A DNA stretch of 64,000 nucleotides from Bacteroidota bacterium (lineage in GTDB: Bacteria > Bacteroidota > Bacteroidia > Chitinophagales > Chitinophagaceae): assembly GCA_023417815.1 (NCBI GenBank), contig JAEZEI010000006.1, positions 7,352 to 71,351 of the forward strand, read 5' to 3'. Shown here one piece after another: positions 30,506-40,200 of this stretch (positions are counted from its first letter, which is position 1; each line of letters starts with the position of its first letter). The notes under the pieces are model-generated. The model made no database searches. It was not told where the DNA came from and worked only from the letters and a program-made list of their open reading frames with translations. The position numbers and the translations under genes are program-made.

Positions 30506-31197
30506 TTCACGCGAACAACTTCTCCGCCGCTGCTGGCGCTGGAAGTAACCTGGGCCCCTCCCCTGTAACGGACAGTTCCACCACTACTGGCACTGGCATT
30601 CAGAAGCCGGCTGGCGTGCACGGCTGCCTCCGACCCACTGCTTGCCGAAGCGCTCGCGGTTTCTGAACTAAGGGTCATAGCATTTATATCCGAGCCGCTG
30701 GAGGAAGAAACTTCCAGTTCCCTGGTACGACCTCTCAGTTCTATTTCTGCACCACTGCTTGCACGCGCATTTACCCGGGGTGCATCTGCATCAGCCCTTA
30801 TTTCAGCTGCGCTCGAAGCTTCAAATACAATCTGACTTCCTGAGGATATCTGGCCGGAAGTGCTTACTTCTGCAGCCATAGACGCCTTAATGGCTTCTAT
30901 CGAAGGTGCATTTATATACACATTAAGATGTGCGTTCCTGAAATTTTTGCGGGTGGTTTTCACGCGAAGCGTGCTGCCGGACACATCAACATCAATATAT
31001 CTTATCAGGTTATCATCAGCTTCCACTTCAACGCGGTAAGGACCATTCCTTATTTCAACTTTAAAGGGTCCGGAGATACTTACCTTATTGAATGAACCTT
31101 TATCAAAGTTCCGGGATACAATATCACCACTGCCACGTTTTACATTGCATGAAGTGAGAACTGTTCCGAAAAATAAAATAATGAGAAGATTTTTCAT
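30502..31197 (-). CDS. Head GIN domain (DUF2807) lipoprotein
   Basis: Lipobox LTSC; GSG.IVSR, EADDNL, repeated ASSG.EI beta-helix units. Confidence 0.85.
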   Translation of the reverse strand: MKNLLIILFFGTVLTSCNVKRGSGDIVSRNFDKGSFNKVSISGPFKVEIRNGPYRVEVEADDNLIRYIDVDVSGSTLRVKTTRKNFRNAHLNVYINAPSIEAIKASMAAEVSTSGQISSGSQIVFEASSAAEIRADADAPRVNARASSGAEIELRGRTRELEVSSSSGSDINAMTLSSETASASASSGSEAAVHASRLLNASASSGGTVRYRGGAQVTSSASSGGEVVRVN

Positions 31198-31246
31198 GGG
31201 AACAAAGATTTCACTTTTTCCCACAGATTCAAATCTTTTTTTATGA

Positions 31247-32401
31247 TTACCAGGCTTTTGAGGCTACACGGTTCTGGGCGCGGATAAAATATAGGTGTTT
31301 GTTCTCGAAATAATCCGGCGTGTTCGTTCCTCTAATAAATACCGGTTTAAAATTAAAGTCGCTGAAGATCTTTTTGTCCGTCGAATTAATATGACTCATA
31401 AAATCATCCGGGTGGCTCGCAAGCAGGCTGGTAAAAAGCATTACGGTTTCGAAACCTTTATATGCATTGTCCGTAGGATTCCCTTTGTACTTTTTCAAAT
31501 AATTATCGCGGATAGTGCGGGTATAATTGTTGTTCTCGATATTAAAATAAGGAGTGGTGAAATACACCGGGAACTCGGGGTTCTTGTTTTTTGAGGATAA
31601 AGTAAAATTATCCCAGTTTGGCATCCCGATAAGCTTAATGTAATAAGTGCTGTTCAGCGAAGCGCTGGTTTCAATAAGCGAACGTGAGAACTGCTCTTCC
31701 AGGCTGCCGCTGATAACGATATTATTCTTTGTGCTGTCGAGGTATTCCTCCAACGCTGAAATATCATCGTTCTTTATATTCACTACCTGCAGGTTAAGTA
31801 AGGGTTTGCCATCAGGCATATTAGCGCTTCTGAAATAATCAATCACCCGGTCTTCCTGTACCCCGGGCTTTCGCACAAGTATAAGATTATCGGCGCTGTG
31901 GCTTTGAAGCAGGTAGGTATGGATCGCTTCGCAGTGTGCACGCAAGGTGGAATTCATGATAACAAGGAATGGATTTCCTGAAACCCCTCCATCGTTGGGA
32001 TAGGTGGCGGAAATGAATGGAATATTCTTCTCTAATGAGAAAGCTGCCAGTTCCTGGAAGTCCATGTCTTTAACAGATCCGATAATGAGATCGAGTTCAT
32101 CGATCTTTTTATTCCGGATCAGGTCAGCGATAGATTCCTTTTCCGACCGGGTATCAAAAAAGTAAGTCTTGATTTTTTTACCGGGAATGTTGAGGCTGTC
32201 GAGCGCGATCTCTGCACCCTGCATGAATTCAAGCCCGGGGAGTACGAATTTTGGAAAATTCTTTTTGTACCTGTAAGCGTCGCCGTTAAAAGCTGAATCA
32301 AGGTAAAGCGGGGCGAACACTCCCACATTCAATACGGGTTTCTGCGCATGCGTTAAAAGAAAAAAGAATGAAACCAGTACCGTAACGTATATGTTCTTCA
32401 T
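31247..32401 (-). CDS. Periplasmic binding protein type-1 fold protein
   Basis: Signal peptide; VGVFAPLY, EFMQGAEIALDSL, DLIIG motifs; start trimmed to MKNIY. Confidence 0.65.
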   Translation of the reverse strand: MKNIYVTVLVSFFFLLTHAQKPVLNVGVFAPLYLDSAFNGDAYRYKKNFPKFVLPGLEFMQGAEIALDSLNIPGKKIKTYFFDTRSEKESIADLIRNKKIDELDLIIGSVKDMDFQELAAFSLEKNIPFISATYPNDGGVSGNPFLVIMNSTLRAHCEAIHTYLLQSHSADNLILVRKPGVQEDRVIDYFRSANMPDGKPLLNLQVVNIKNDDISALEEYLDSTKNNIVISGSLEEQFSRSLIETSASLNSTYYIKLIGMPNWDNFTLSSKNKNPEFPVYFTTPYFNIENNNYTRTIRDNYLKKYKGNPTDNAYKGFETVMLFTSLLASHPDDFMSHINSTDKKIFSDFNFKPVFIRGTNTPDYFENKHLYFIRAQNRVASKAW

Positions 32402-32403
32402 AT

Positions 32404-33930
32404 TTATTCCCATTCAATGGTTGCAGGTGGTTTACTGCTGATATCGTACACCACCCTGTTTATTCCTTTCACCTGGTTTATGATCGCATTGCTTACGTAG
32501 GCCATAAAATCATACGGCAGGTGCGCCCAGTCAGCGGTCATTCCATCTACTGAAGTTACTGCTCTTAATGCGATGGTATATTCATACGTTCTTTCATCGC
32601 CCATCACCCCAACACTCTTTACGGGAAGCAGGATTGCTCCGGCCTGCCACACCTTTTCATATAAGCCAAACTTCCTCAGTCCCTCAGTGTAAATGAAGTC
32701 TGCATCCTGCAACAACTGTACCTTATCTTCAGTAACTTCTCCTAAGATACGGATTCCAAGGCCTGGGCCGGGAAATGGATGGCGGTTTAACATATCAGCA
32801 GGAATTCCAAGTTCCAGCCCTATTTTTCTCACTTCATCCTTGAATAACAATCGCAATGGTTCCACTAACTTAAGTTTCATGGTCTCCGGCAGGCCTCCAA
32901 CATTATGATGGCTTTTAATGGTAACCGAAGGACCATGCACTGAAACGGATTCTATCACGTCAGGATAAATTGTGCCCTGCCCGAGATAGGAAATATTTTC
33001 TATCCTGTGCGCTTCTTTATCAAAAACCTCGATGAACGCATTACCGATCGCTTTGCGTTTTTCCTCCGGTAATACTTTGCCCGCAAGCTTGGTATAGAAA
33101 TGTTCTCTTGAATCTACTCCTTGCACATTCAATCCTAATGTTCTATAAGTTTCCAGCACCGCTTCAAATTCGTGTTTGCGAAGCAGGCCGTTATCAACGA
33201 ATATTCCGAAGAGATTTTTCCCGATCGCTTTATGGATCAAAGTTGCCGCCACAGTGCTGTCAACCCCTCCGCTAAGCCCCATTACTACCCTGCTGTCGCC
33301 GAGTTGCTCCTTTAGCGACTTCACCGTATCTGAAATAAAATGTTCCGGGGTCCAGTCGCCTTTGCAGCCACAAATATTGAAAACAAAATTGCGCAAGATC
33401 GTGCGGCCTTCTGAAGAATGATAAACTTCCGGGTGGAATTGTAATCCGTAAAGAGGTACATCGCCGTTTGCGCGGAATGCCGCCACCGGGATACTTTCAG
33501 TGGTCCCCAACAGGGAGAAACCGGCAGGTAGTTCCTTGATGGTATCACTATGGCTCATCCACACCTGCGAGTCCTGGCTGATCCCTTCCAGCAAGGCATC
33601 CTGCTGCACTATATTAAAACGCGCGCGCCCATATTCCCTTTTATCACTTTTCTCCACCCTGCCGTTAAACGTCTTTGCGGTAAGTTGGGCACCATAACAA
33701 ATGCCCAGCAATGGCATTGAATTCAGGTAGGCTACATCAACAGAAGGAGCACCATCTTCGTTCACCGAGAATGGCGATCCGGAAAGGATCACACCCCGGG
33801 TGCCTTCACCGAATTCAACCTTTTGATGAAAAGGTATAATCTCGCAAAAAACATTTAACTCCCTCACCGCCCGTGCAATAAGCTGTGTGTACTGGCTGCC
33901 GAAATCGAGGATAATGATCTTTTCTGTCAT
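32404..33930 (-). CDS. guaA: GMP synthase (glutamine-hydrolyzing)
   Basis: [46 protein letters not shown]. Confidence 0.98.
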   Translation of the reverse strand: MTEKIIILDFGSQYTQLIARAVRELNVFCEIIPFHQKVEFGEGTRGVILSGSPFSVNEDGAPSVDVAYLNSMPLLGICYGAQLTAKTFNGRVEKSDKREYGRARFNIVQQDALLEGISQDSQVWMSHSDTIKELPAGFSLLGTTESIPVAAFRANGDVPLYGLQFHPEVYHSSEGRTILRNFVFNICGCKGDWTPEHFISDTVKSLKEQLGDSRVVMGLSGGVDSTVAATLIHKAIGKNLFGIFVDNGLLRKHEFEAVLETYRTLGLNVQGVDSREHFYTKLAGKVLPEEKRKAIGNAFIEVFDKEAHRIENISYLGQGTIYPDVIESVSVHGPSVTIKSHHNVGGLPETMKLKLVEPLRLLFKDEVRKIGLELGIPADMLNRHPFPGPGLGIRILGEVTEDKVQLLQDADFIYTEGLRKFGLYEKVWQAGAILLPVKSVGVMGDERTYEYTIALRAVTSVDGMTADWAHLPYDFMAYVSNAIINQVKGINRVVYDISSKPPATIEWE

Positions 33931-33982
33931 GCCCGCGAAGGTAGGAAACCAAAAAAAATTTGTGATAAGAAAAAGATACCTT

Positions 33983-34001
33983 TACTTTGTGTTTCAAAGT
34001 A
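33983..34001. promoter_or_regulatory. Palindromic operator candidate
   Basis: TACTTTG-TGTTT-CAAAGTA, ending 7 nt before ATG 34009. Confidence 0.65.
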
Positions 34002-34008
34002 CTTTTAG

Positions 34009-34611
34009 ATGAAAGATACACAGGATTATATAAAGGACATATCGGAGATGCGCTCCATGATGGAACGTTCCTCCAGGTTTCTCGCCCTTTCGGGAATGGC
34101 GGGGATCATAACCGGCCTCCTGGCCCTGGCCGGTGCATTCCTTGCATACAGGTATTTTGATTTTAACCCTCAGGAGATCTCAGGTACAAGCCCTGTTAAT
34201 AATGTCATCCTGACGGCGGTTACGGTTTTCATCCTCGCAGCCATAACGGCCTATTACTTTACATGGAAGAAAACGGTTAAGCGCGGAGAGAAACTCTGGA
34301 ACCCTGTTTCAAAAAGACTCTTATTCAATATTTCCATACCGCTGATCACCGGGGCTGCCCTGATAATTATCCTGGCCATAAACGGGCTAACTGGTCTGCT
34401 GGCTCCTCTTTCACTTATATTCTATGGTCTTGGGCTGGTCAATGCCAGTAAGTTCACCTATGATGAGATCAGGGTATTGGGATTGATCCAGATCGTACTT
34501 GGCCTGATCGCCATATGGAACATCGGCGCAGGAATGTTGTGCTGGGCGCTTGGCTTTGGCGCAGCACATATTATTTACGGTATATACATGCATAATCGTT
34601 ACGGCAAGTGA
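34009..34611 (+). CDS. Membrane protein co-located with wHTH regulator
   Basis: MRSMMERSSRF..LSG, FYGL.LVNASKFT, FG..HIIYG; about 6 TM helices. Confidence 0.8.
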   Translation: MKDTQDYIKDISEMRSMMERSSRFLALSGMAGIITGLLALAGAFLAYRYFDFNPQEISGTSPVNNVILTAVTVFILAAITAYYFTWKKTVKRGEKLWNPVSKRLLFNISIPLITGAALIIILAINGLTGLLAPLSLIFYGLGLVNASKFTYDEIRVLGLIQIVLGLIAIWNIGAGMLCWALGFGAAHIIYGIYMHNRYGK

Positions 34612-34907
34612 AAGTCAGCATTCAATCATTGAACAGGATCTTCGACAGCAGGATAAGGCTTGGCATCATGTCTGCCCTTGCGGTGAATGATACCCTCGAC
34701 TTTAATTCCCTGAAGGAATTGCTTGATGTAACGGACGGAAACCTGGCAAGCCATATGAAATCGCTGGAGAAAGAAAACTATGTTAGGGTGAACAAATCTT
34801 TTGTCGGGAAAAAACCGAATACAACATATTCGCTTACCTCCCAGGGTAAAAAGGCTTTTGAAGATCACCTTAAAGCCCTGGAAGAATTGATAAAAAGTCA
34901 GCGCTGA
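34608..34907 (+). CDS. Winged helix-turn-helix transcriptional regulator
   Basis: RIRLGIMSAL, F..LKELL.VTDGNLASH, KPNT.Y.LT..G..AF; GTG start overlapping upstream TGA. Confidence 0.92.
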   Translation: MKVSIQSLNRIFDSRIRLGIMSALAVNDTLDFNSLKELLDVTDGNLASHMKSLEKENYVRVNKSFVGKKPNTTYSLTSQGKKAFEDHLKALEELIKSQR

Positions 34908-34922
34908 TTTTTTTTGTACATC

Positions 34923-34940
34923 TACTTTGAAAAACAAAGT
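34923..34940. promoter_or_regulatory. Second copy of palindromic operator candidate
   Basis: TACTTTG-AAAAA-CAAAGT; same arms and 5-nt spacer as the 33983 site. Confidence 0.65.
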
Positions 34941-34967
34941 TCTTTTTAAAAATAAAAAATAACAGAA

Positions 34968-36188
34968 ATGAAAAACGAGATCTTATCAAAGCTAAATGAT
35001 CCGGCTTCGCTGGAAAAACTTTACCGGAGCAATAAGCGTGTATTCGCGCATGCTTTCAATGAATTGTACCCCGAGATAAAGTCAGCGCCACTGGCCGGGT
35101 TCTGGAACGAAAGGCTCAATTCCAGGATTGGTTCGGTTTCGAGGATCGAACTTTTACTGATCATCGCAGGCGTGATCGTAGCGGGAATTTTAGCAAAGAT
35201 CCCTGCTTTCGCAGGAATTGATGAAGACTTCTTTTACCCAAGAAATATTGGCTTCATACTGTTCCCGGTGCTGACAGCATATTTTGCATGGAAGAATAAG
35301 ACCCGGCTTACAACACTGATCATAACAGGGATCGTTTTCGCGGCCTCTGCGATCTATATAAATCTTCTTCCAAAAGAATACAGCGATACATTGATGCTTG
35401 CATGCATACACCTGTTCCTTTTTTTATGGTTTGTTACGGAAACCGCATTTTCTTCAGACAGCGGACCAAACTCCCGCATAGAGTTTCTCCGTTTTAACGG
35501 CGACCTCCTCATCATGAGTGGACTGATAGTTCTGGCAGGCGGTATCCTCACTGGCATAACCCTCACCCTCTTTTCTTTCATAGGCCTTAATATTGAAACA
35601 TTTTATTTTGAAAACATCGTGGTGTTCGCTCTTCCGGCCGTTCCGATTATCGGAACCTATCTCACGCGGAATAATCCAAATCTTGTAGGAAGGATCTCGC
35701 CTGTAATGGCCAGGATATTCGGACCATTGGTGCTTGTTATGCTTACCGTATATCTTGCAGCGATCATCTACCTTGGAAAGGACCCATACAATGACAGGGA
35801 TTCACTGATGATCTTCAACCTGCTGCTTGTTGGTGTTCTCGCAATTATATTCTTCTCTGTTTCTGATTCAGATAACGACAGGATCTCGGGCACCTGGGTA
35901 TTATTCCTTTTATCGGTGCTTACAATAGCTATTAATTGCATAGCATTATCAGCTATCCTTTTCCGCATCTCTGAATGGGGACTAACTCCAAACAGGACCG
36001 CGATCCTTGGAGCAAATTTCCTGGTATTGATCAACCTGCTCCTGGTATCTCACAACCTTTTTAAAGTTATCAGGAAAAGGGCGGGAATGGATACAGTCAG
36101 GAAGACTATTACAGCATACCTGCCGGTATATTTCATTTGGGTGGGGTTAGTTGCCTTCCTGTTCCCACTATTATTCGGCTTTAAGTAA
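34968..36188 (+). CDS. Multi-pass membrane protein (DUF4153-like)
   Basis: About 11 TM helices; RISEWGLTPNR motif. Confidence 0.7.
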   Translation: MKNEILSKLNDPASLEKLYRSNKRVFAHAFNELYPEIKSAPLAGFWNERLNSRIGSVSRIELLLIIAGVIVAGILAKIPAFAGIDEDFFYPRNIGFILFPVLTAYFAWKNKTRLTTLIITGIVFAASAIYINLLPKEYSDTLMLACIHLFLFLWFVTETAFSSDSGPNSRIEFLRFNGDLLIMSGLIVLAGGILTGITLTLFSFIGLNIETFYFENIVVFALPAVPIIGTYLTRNNPNLVGRISPVMARIFGPLVLVMLTVYLAAIIYLGKDPYNDRDSLMIFNLLLVGVLAIIFFSVSDSDNDRISGTWVLFLLSVLTIAINCIALSAILFRISEWGLTPNRTAILGANFLVLINLLLVSHNLFKVIRKRAGMDTVRKTITAYLPVYFIWVGLVAFLFPLLFGFK

Positions 36189-36235
36189 AGATCTGTTCAT
36201 TATAAGTACCTTGGTATTGATTAAATATTAGGTAC

Positions 36236-37150
36236 ATGCCCCAAATTATAATTGATGCACGCAGTGCCGCAGTAAGTGAATACCTCCGGGTAAAAAGGAT
36301 CCTGCCATTTCGCAAACGCAGGATGGTAGGACCTTTTATTTTCCTGGACCATGCCGAACCAGCAGAACAACTTCCTGCAGATCTATCACAACTTGATGTA
36401 CTTCCACATCCTCACATAGGCTTATCAACAATCAGTTATTTGTTCCAGGGAGAAATAACTCACCGCGACAGCCTGGGTGTGAAGCAGGTTATAAAACCGG
36501 GTGAAGTTAACTGGATGACGGCCGGGAAAGGAATTTCTCATTCAGAGCGGTTTGAAAATCCTGCATCCCTATCCGGTGGAATGGAAATGATCCAGACATG
36601 GGTGGCCCTTCCTGAAAAAGATGAAGAGGCAGATCCTTCTTTCATTAATTATAAACCCGGTCAACTTGTGGAAACAGAAATGGAAGGAACATGGATGCGA
36701 TTAATAGCAGGAAATGCCTTCGGTATGAAAAGCAGTGTTCGTGTTAATTCACCTCTTTTCTATATTCATGCTGAAATGATGCCGGGCGCGCGCATGCCTA
36801 TCCCGAAAGGATATGCTGAACGCGGTGTATACATTCTTCATGGGGAGATTGAAACCGGCAATGTGTGGTATAAGGCAGGACAAATGCTCGTGTATGGAAA
36901 AACCGAAGATGTAATATTGAAAGCGCATTCAAAGTCGACCCTTTTATTATTGGGAGGTGAGCCTCTTGGAGAAAGGTTTATCTGGTGGAACTTTGTTTCC
37001 TCCCGTAAGGAAAGGATCGAACAGGCCATGGAAGACTGGAAGCAGGGAAGGATCATTCTCCCGCCTGGTGATGATAAGGAATTCATTCCATTGCCGGAGG
37101 ATAATTCAAAGCCCGCGGGAAGCAATCCAGCACCTGAACCTTTATCGTAG
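36236..37150 (+). CDS. Pirin family protein
   Basis: GPFIFLDH, PHPHIG, HRDSLG, WMTAGKGISHSE, WWNFV. Confidence 0.95.
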   Translation: MPQIIIDARSAAVSEYLRVKRILPFRKRRMVGPFIFLDHAEPAEQLPADLSQLDVLPHPHIGLSTISYLFQGEITHRDSLGVKQVIKPGEVNWMTAGKGISHSERFENPASLSGGMEMIQTWVALPEKDEEADPSFINYKPGQLVETEMEGTWMRLIAGNAFGMKSSVRVNSPLFYIHAEMMPGARMPIPKGYAERGVYILHGEIETGNVWYKAGQMLVYGKTEDVILKAHSKSTLLLLGGEPLGERFIWWNFVSSRKERIEQAMEDWKQGRIILPPGDDKEFIPLPEDNSKPAGSNPAPEPLS

Positions 37151-37160
37151 AATATTACTC

Positions 37161-37192
37161 AAAAAAAAGGGCTGCCAGTTGGCAGCCCTTTT
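37161..37192. terminator. Bidirectional terminator
   Basis: AAAAGGGCTGCC-AGTT-GGCAGCCCTTTT between convergent genes. Confidence 0.85.
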
Positions 37193-37208
37193 AATATTAT
37201 CAGTATGA

Positions 37209-40200
37209 TCAGTTAACGATCAGCCTTGTTGTAGCCAGGCGCTTACCTGAGGCATCGCTGATCTCAAGCATGTAAACGCCCGCAGAAGCATTCTGCATGT
37301 TCACATCCATACGATCATAAACCCTCGAAACTGTATAGCGCTTAACGAATACGCGTGCTCCTTTAGAGTCGAATACGGTAACAGTATGCGCTGTTGGCGC
37401 TGTTGAAGCGCTGAAGTAACGCACCTGGAATTGACCGTTATTCGGATTCGGGTAAACGAATACGTTAGCAGATGCTGAATCAGAAACATTCACAAGGTTC
37501 GACATCCGTGAACATCCTGTGTTCACATCTGTAACAAGAACGGTGTAATTACCAAGTTCATCAACTGTTACAGGAAGTGAAGATGCAGTTGCACCAGGAA
37601 CGAGGTCGCCGTTATGGAACCATTCGTAACTGTAAGTTCCCACAGGGCTAACAGTGGTGTAAAGGCTTGTAGGTACACCCGGATTGATGCTGGTGTATTC
37701 TGCAGCAGCCAATACAACGCCAGGAGCAAGATTAACTGAAAGTGTTGCAACGCTTGATGTAAGCACACCGCATGGAACACCTGAAACGATAACCTGGTAT
37801 TCGTTACCGTTCATTGATGTGTTTACGTTAGAAACAGTGTATGATGATGAAGTTGCTCCCGGAATATTTACGAAAGCACCGCCATTCATGCTCACCTGCC
37901 ATTGGTATGTAATGATACCACCCGTAGCTTCAACAGTAAATGTTGCATCGTCGCCTGAACATGCAGCCACATCCTGAGGCTGAGCTGTGATGGCAACAGG
38001 GTTGTTAACGATCAGTGTTGCAGCGTTTGATGCAAGGTTGCTCGTGCAGGCACCGTTCAATATTACCCTGTAGCGGTTGTTATTCATTGCGAGGGTAACT
38101 GCAGGCAATGTAAGCGTTGCAGAAGTTGCACCCGCTATATTGGACCATGAAGCACCACCGTCTGTGCTTACCTGCCATTGGTAAGTAATTCCTGTACCTG
38201 CAGCAGTAACGCTGAAGGACGCAGGGTTTGGCAGGCATACCTCGGTATTCTGTGGTTGGGCAGAAATGGTCACCGGAACATTTACTGTAAGTGCAACGTT
38301 CGAACTTGTTACTCCACCAGGATTACAAGGACCGTTCATTACAACATGATACTGGTTACCGCTCATAGAAGCAGTAACTCCTGCCAGGTTCAATGTAGCT
38401 GAAGTTGCACCGGCTATATTCGTGAAAGTAGTTCCACCATCGGTGCTAACCTGCCATTGGTAGGTAACTCCAGTTCCGGCAGCAGTAACCGCAAATGAAG
38501 CGTTAGCTCCTGCACAAACAGTGGAAGCAACCGGCTGTGTGGTTACGCTTATCGGAGTATTCACTGTTAATGCAACCGCGGTTGATGTAATGCTGGTTGA
38601 AGAACAGTTGAATACAAGAACCTGGTAAATGTTCCCGCTCATAGAAGCAGTAACTGCATTCAGGTTCAGCGTTGCTGAAGTAGCACCTGCAACGTTGTTG
38701 AAGGTTGTTCCTCCATCGGTGCTAACCTGCCACTGGTAAGTAACAGTGCCGGTAGTTACAACGGTGAAGGATGTATTAGCACCCACACAAACTGTTGAAG
38801 CAACCGGCTGCGTAGTGATGGCAGCAGCATCTCCAACGGTAAGGGTTGCAGCATTAGAAGTTACCGGTGACGGACATGCACCTGTAATGATTACATGGTA
38901 CTGGTTGCCGTTCATGCCGGTAGTAACCGCATTTGCAGTGTATGAAGACGAAGTTGCACCACCTATTGGGGTCCATGTAGTTCCGCCATTAGTGCTAACC
39001 TCCCACTGGTAAGTAAGACCACCACCGGTAGCAGTAACACTGAAAGTTGCATTTGAACCTGTACAGGCAGTAGCATTCTGTGGCTGTGCAGTGATCGCCG
39101 GCCCGCTGTTAACGGTCAGCAATGCAGCAGATGAAGTAGCAGAACCGCAGGTTGCTGAAACGATAACCTGGTAAAGGTTTCCATTCATTCCTGCAGTTAC
39201 ACTATTAAGGTTAAGTGTTGGAGAGGTTGCACCAGCAACGTTGGTATAGGTTGTACCACCATTGGTGCTAACCTGCCACTGATAGGTAACCGTTCCCGAT
39301 GCAACAACCGAGAATGATGCATTACCACCTGCACAAAGTGTTTGGGCAGCGGGCTGGGTAGTTATTGATGGAGGTGTGCCGGGAGTAACGGTAAAGGTTA
39401 CTGTAGCATTTTGTGTGATTGCGCCGGCAACACCTGTTACAGTTACATTATAAGAACCCGGAGCCAGTGTATTCACATTGTTCAGGGTTACTGAGGTACT
39501 GTTACCCGGGGTAAGCGGGTTAGTACCGAATGTTACGGTTGTTCCTGCCGGGTTACCAGCAGCGGTCAGGTTTATCGGAGTTGAGAAACCGCCGGTAACT
39601 GTTGTACCCAGGGTTACTGAAGCTGTAGCAGGGCCTCCGCAGGCAACAGATGCAGGAGTAGTTGCAGAGAAATTGAATCCTGAAGTTGCCGCAGTGATAG
39701 TCCAGTTTGCATTCGAGATATCAAAGAAGATATTATCAAGGGCTTCAACCTTGATACGTGCCTGGGTAGTTGCAATATTTGGAATAGTTACAGATTCTGA
39801 ACCGTCATTTGGTGTGCTCGCCAGAACAACTGTTGGATAAGTAAGGCCACCATCTGTAGAAAGAAGAATCCTTACATTCGCAACGCTTACAGGGGCAGTA
39901 TTTGTACCGGCAACGTTCCAGGTTACAGTTTGTGTTGAACTACCAGGGTAGCTCTCACCACCGTTTGGAACAGTAACTGTGAAAGGAGTGCTTCCTACTA
40001 CGTTAACTGTTAAGGCTGTGGAAGACTGGCAGCCACCGCCACCGGAAGAAACCACACCACCGCCACCAGCACGGTTATCCCTTACTGTTAGCCTGAACTT
40101 CATTGGGCGTTCTACAGGCGAAAGAATTTCACCTTTTAATCCACCCATAGTAGCTGCAGGATTTGCAGGATATCCGGCAAGGATCACAGCGATATCCGGG

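Noticed and set aside
36204..36235. GTACCT...AGGTAC inverted repeat before pirin
   Set aside because: Short arms, single occurrence and no adjacent cognate regulator; could be chance.
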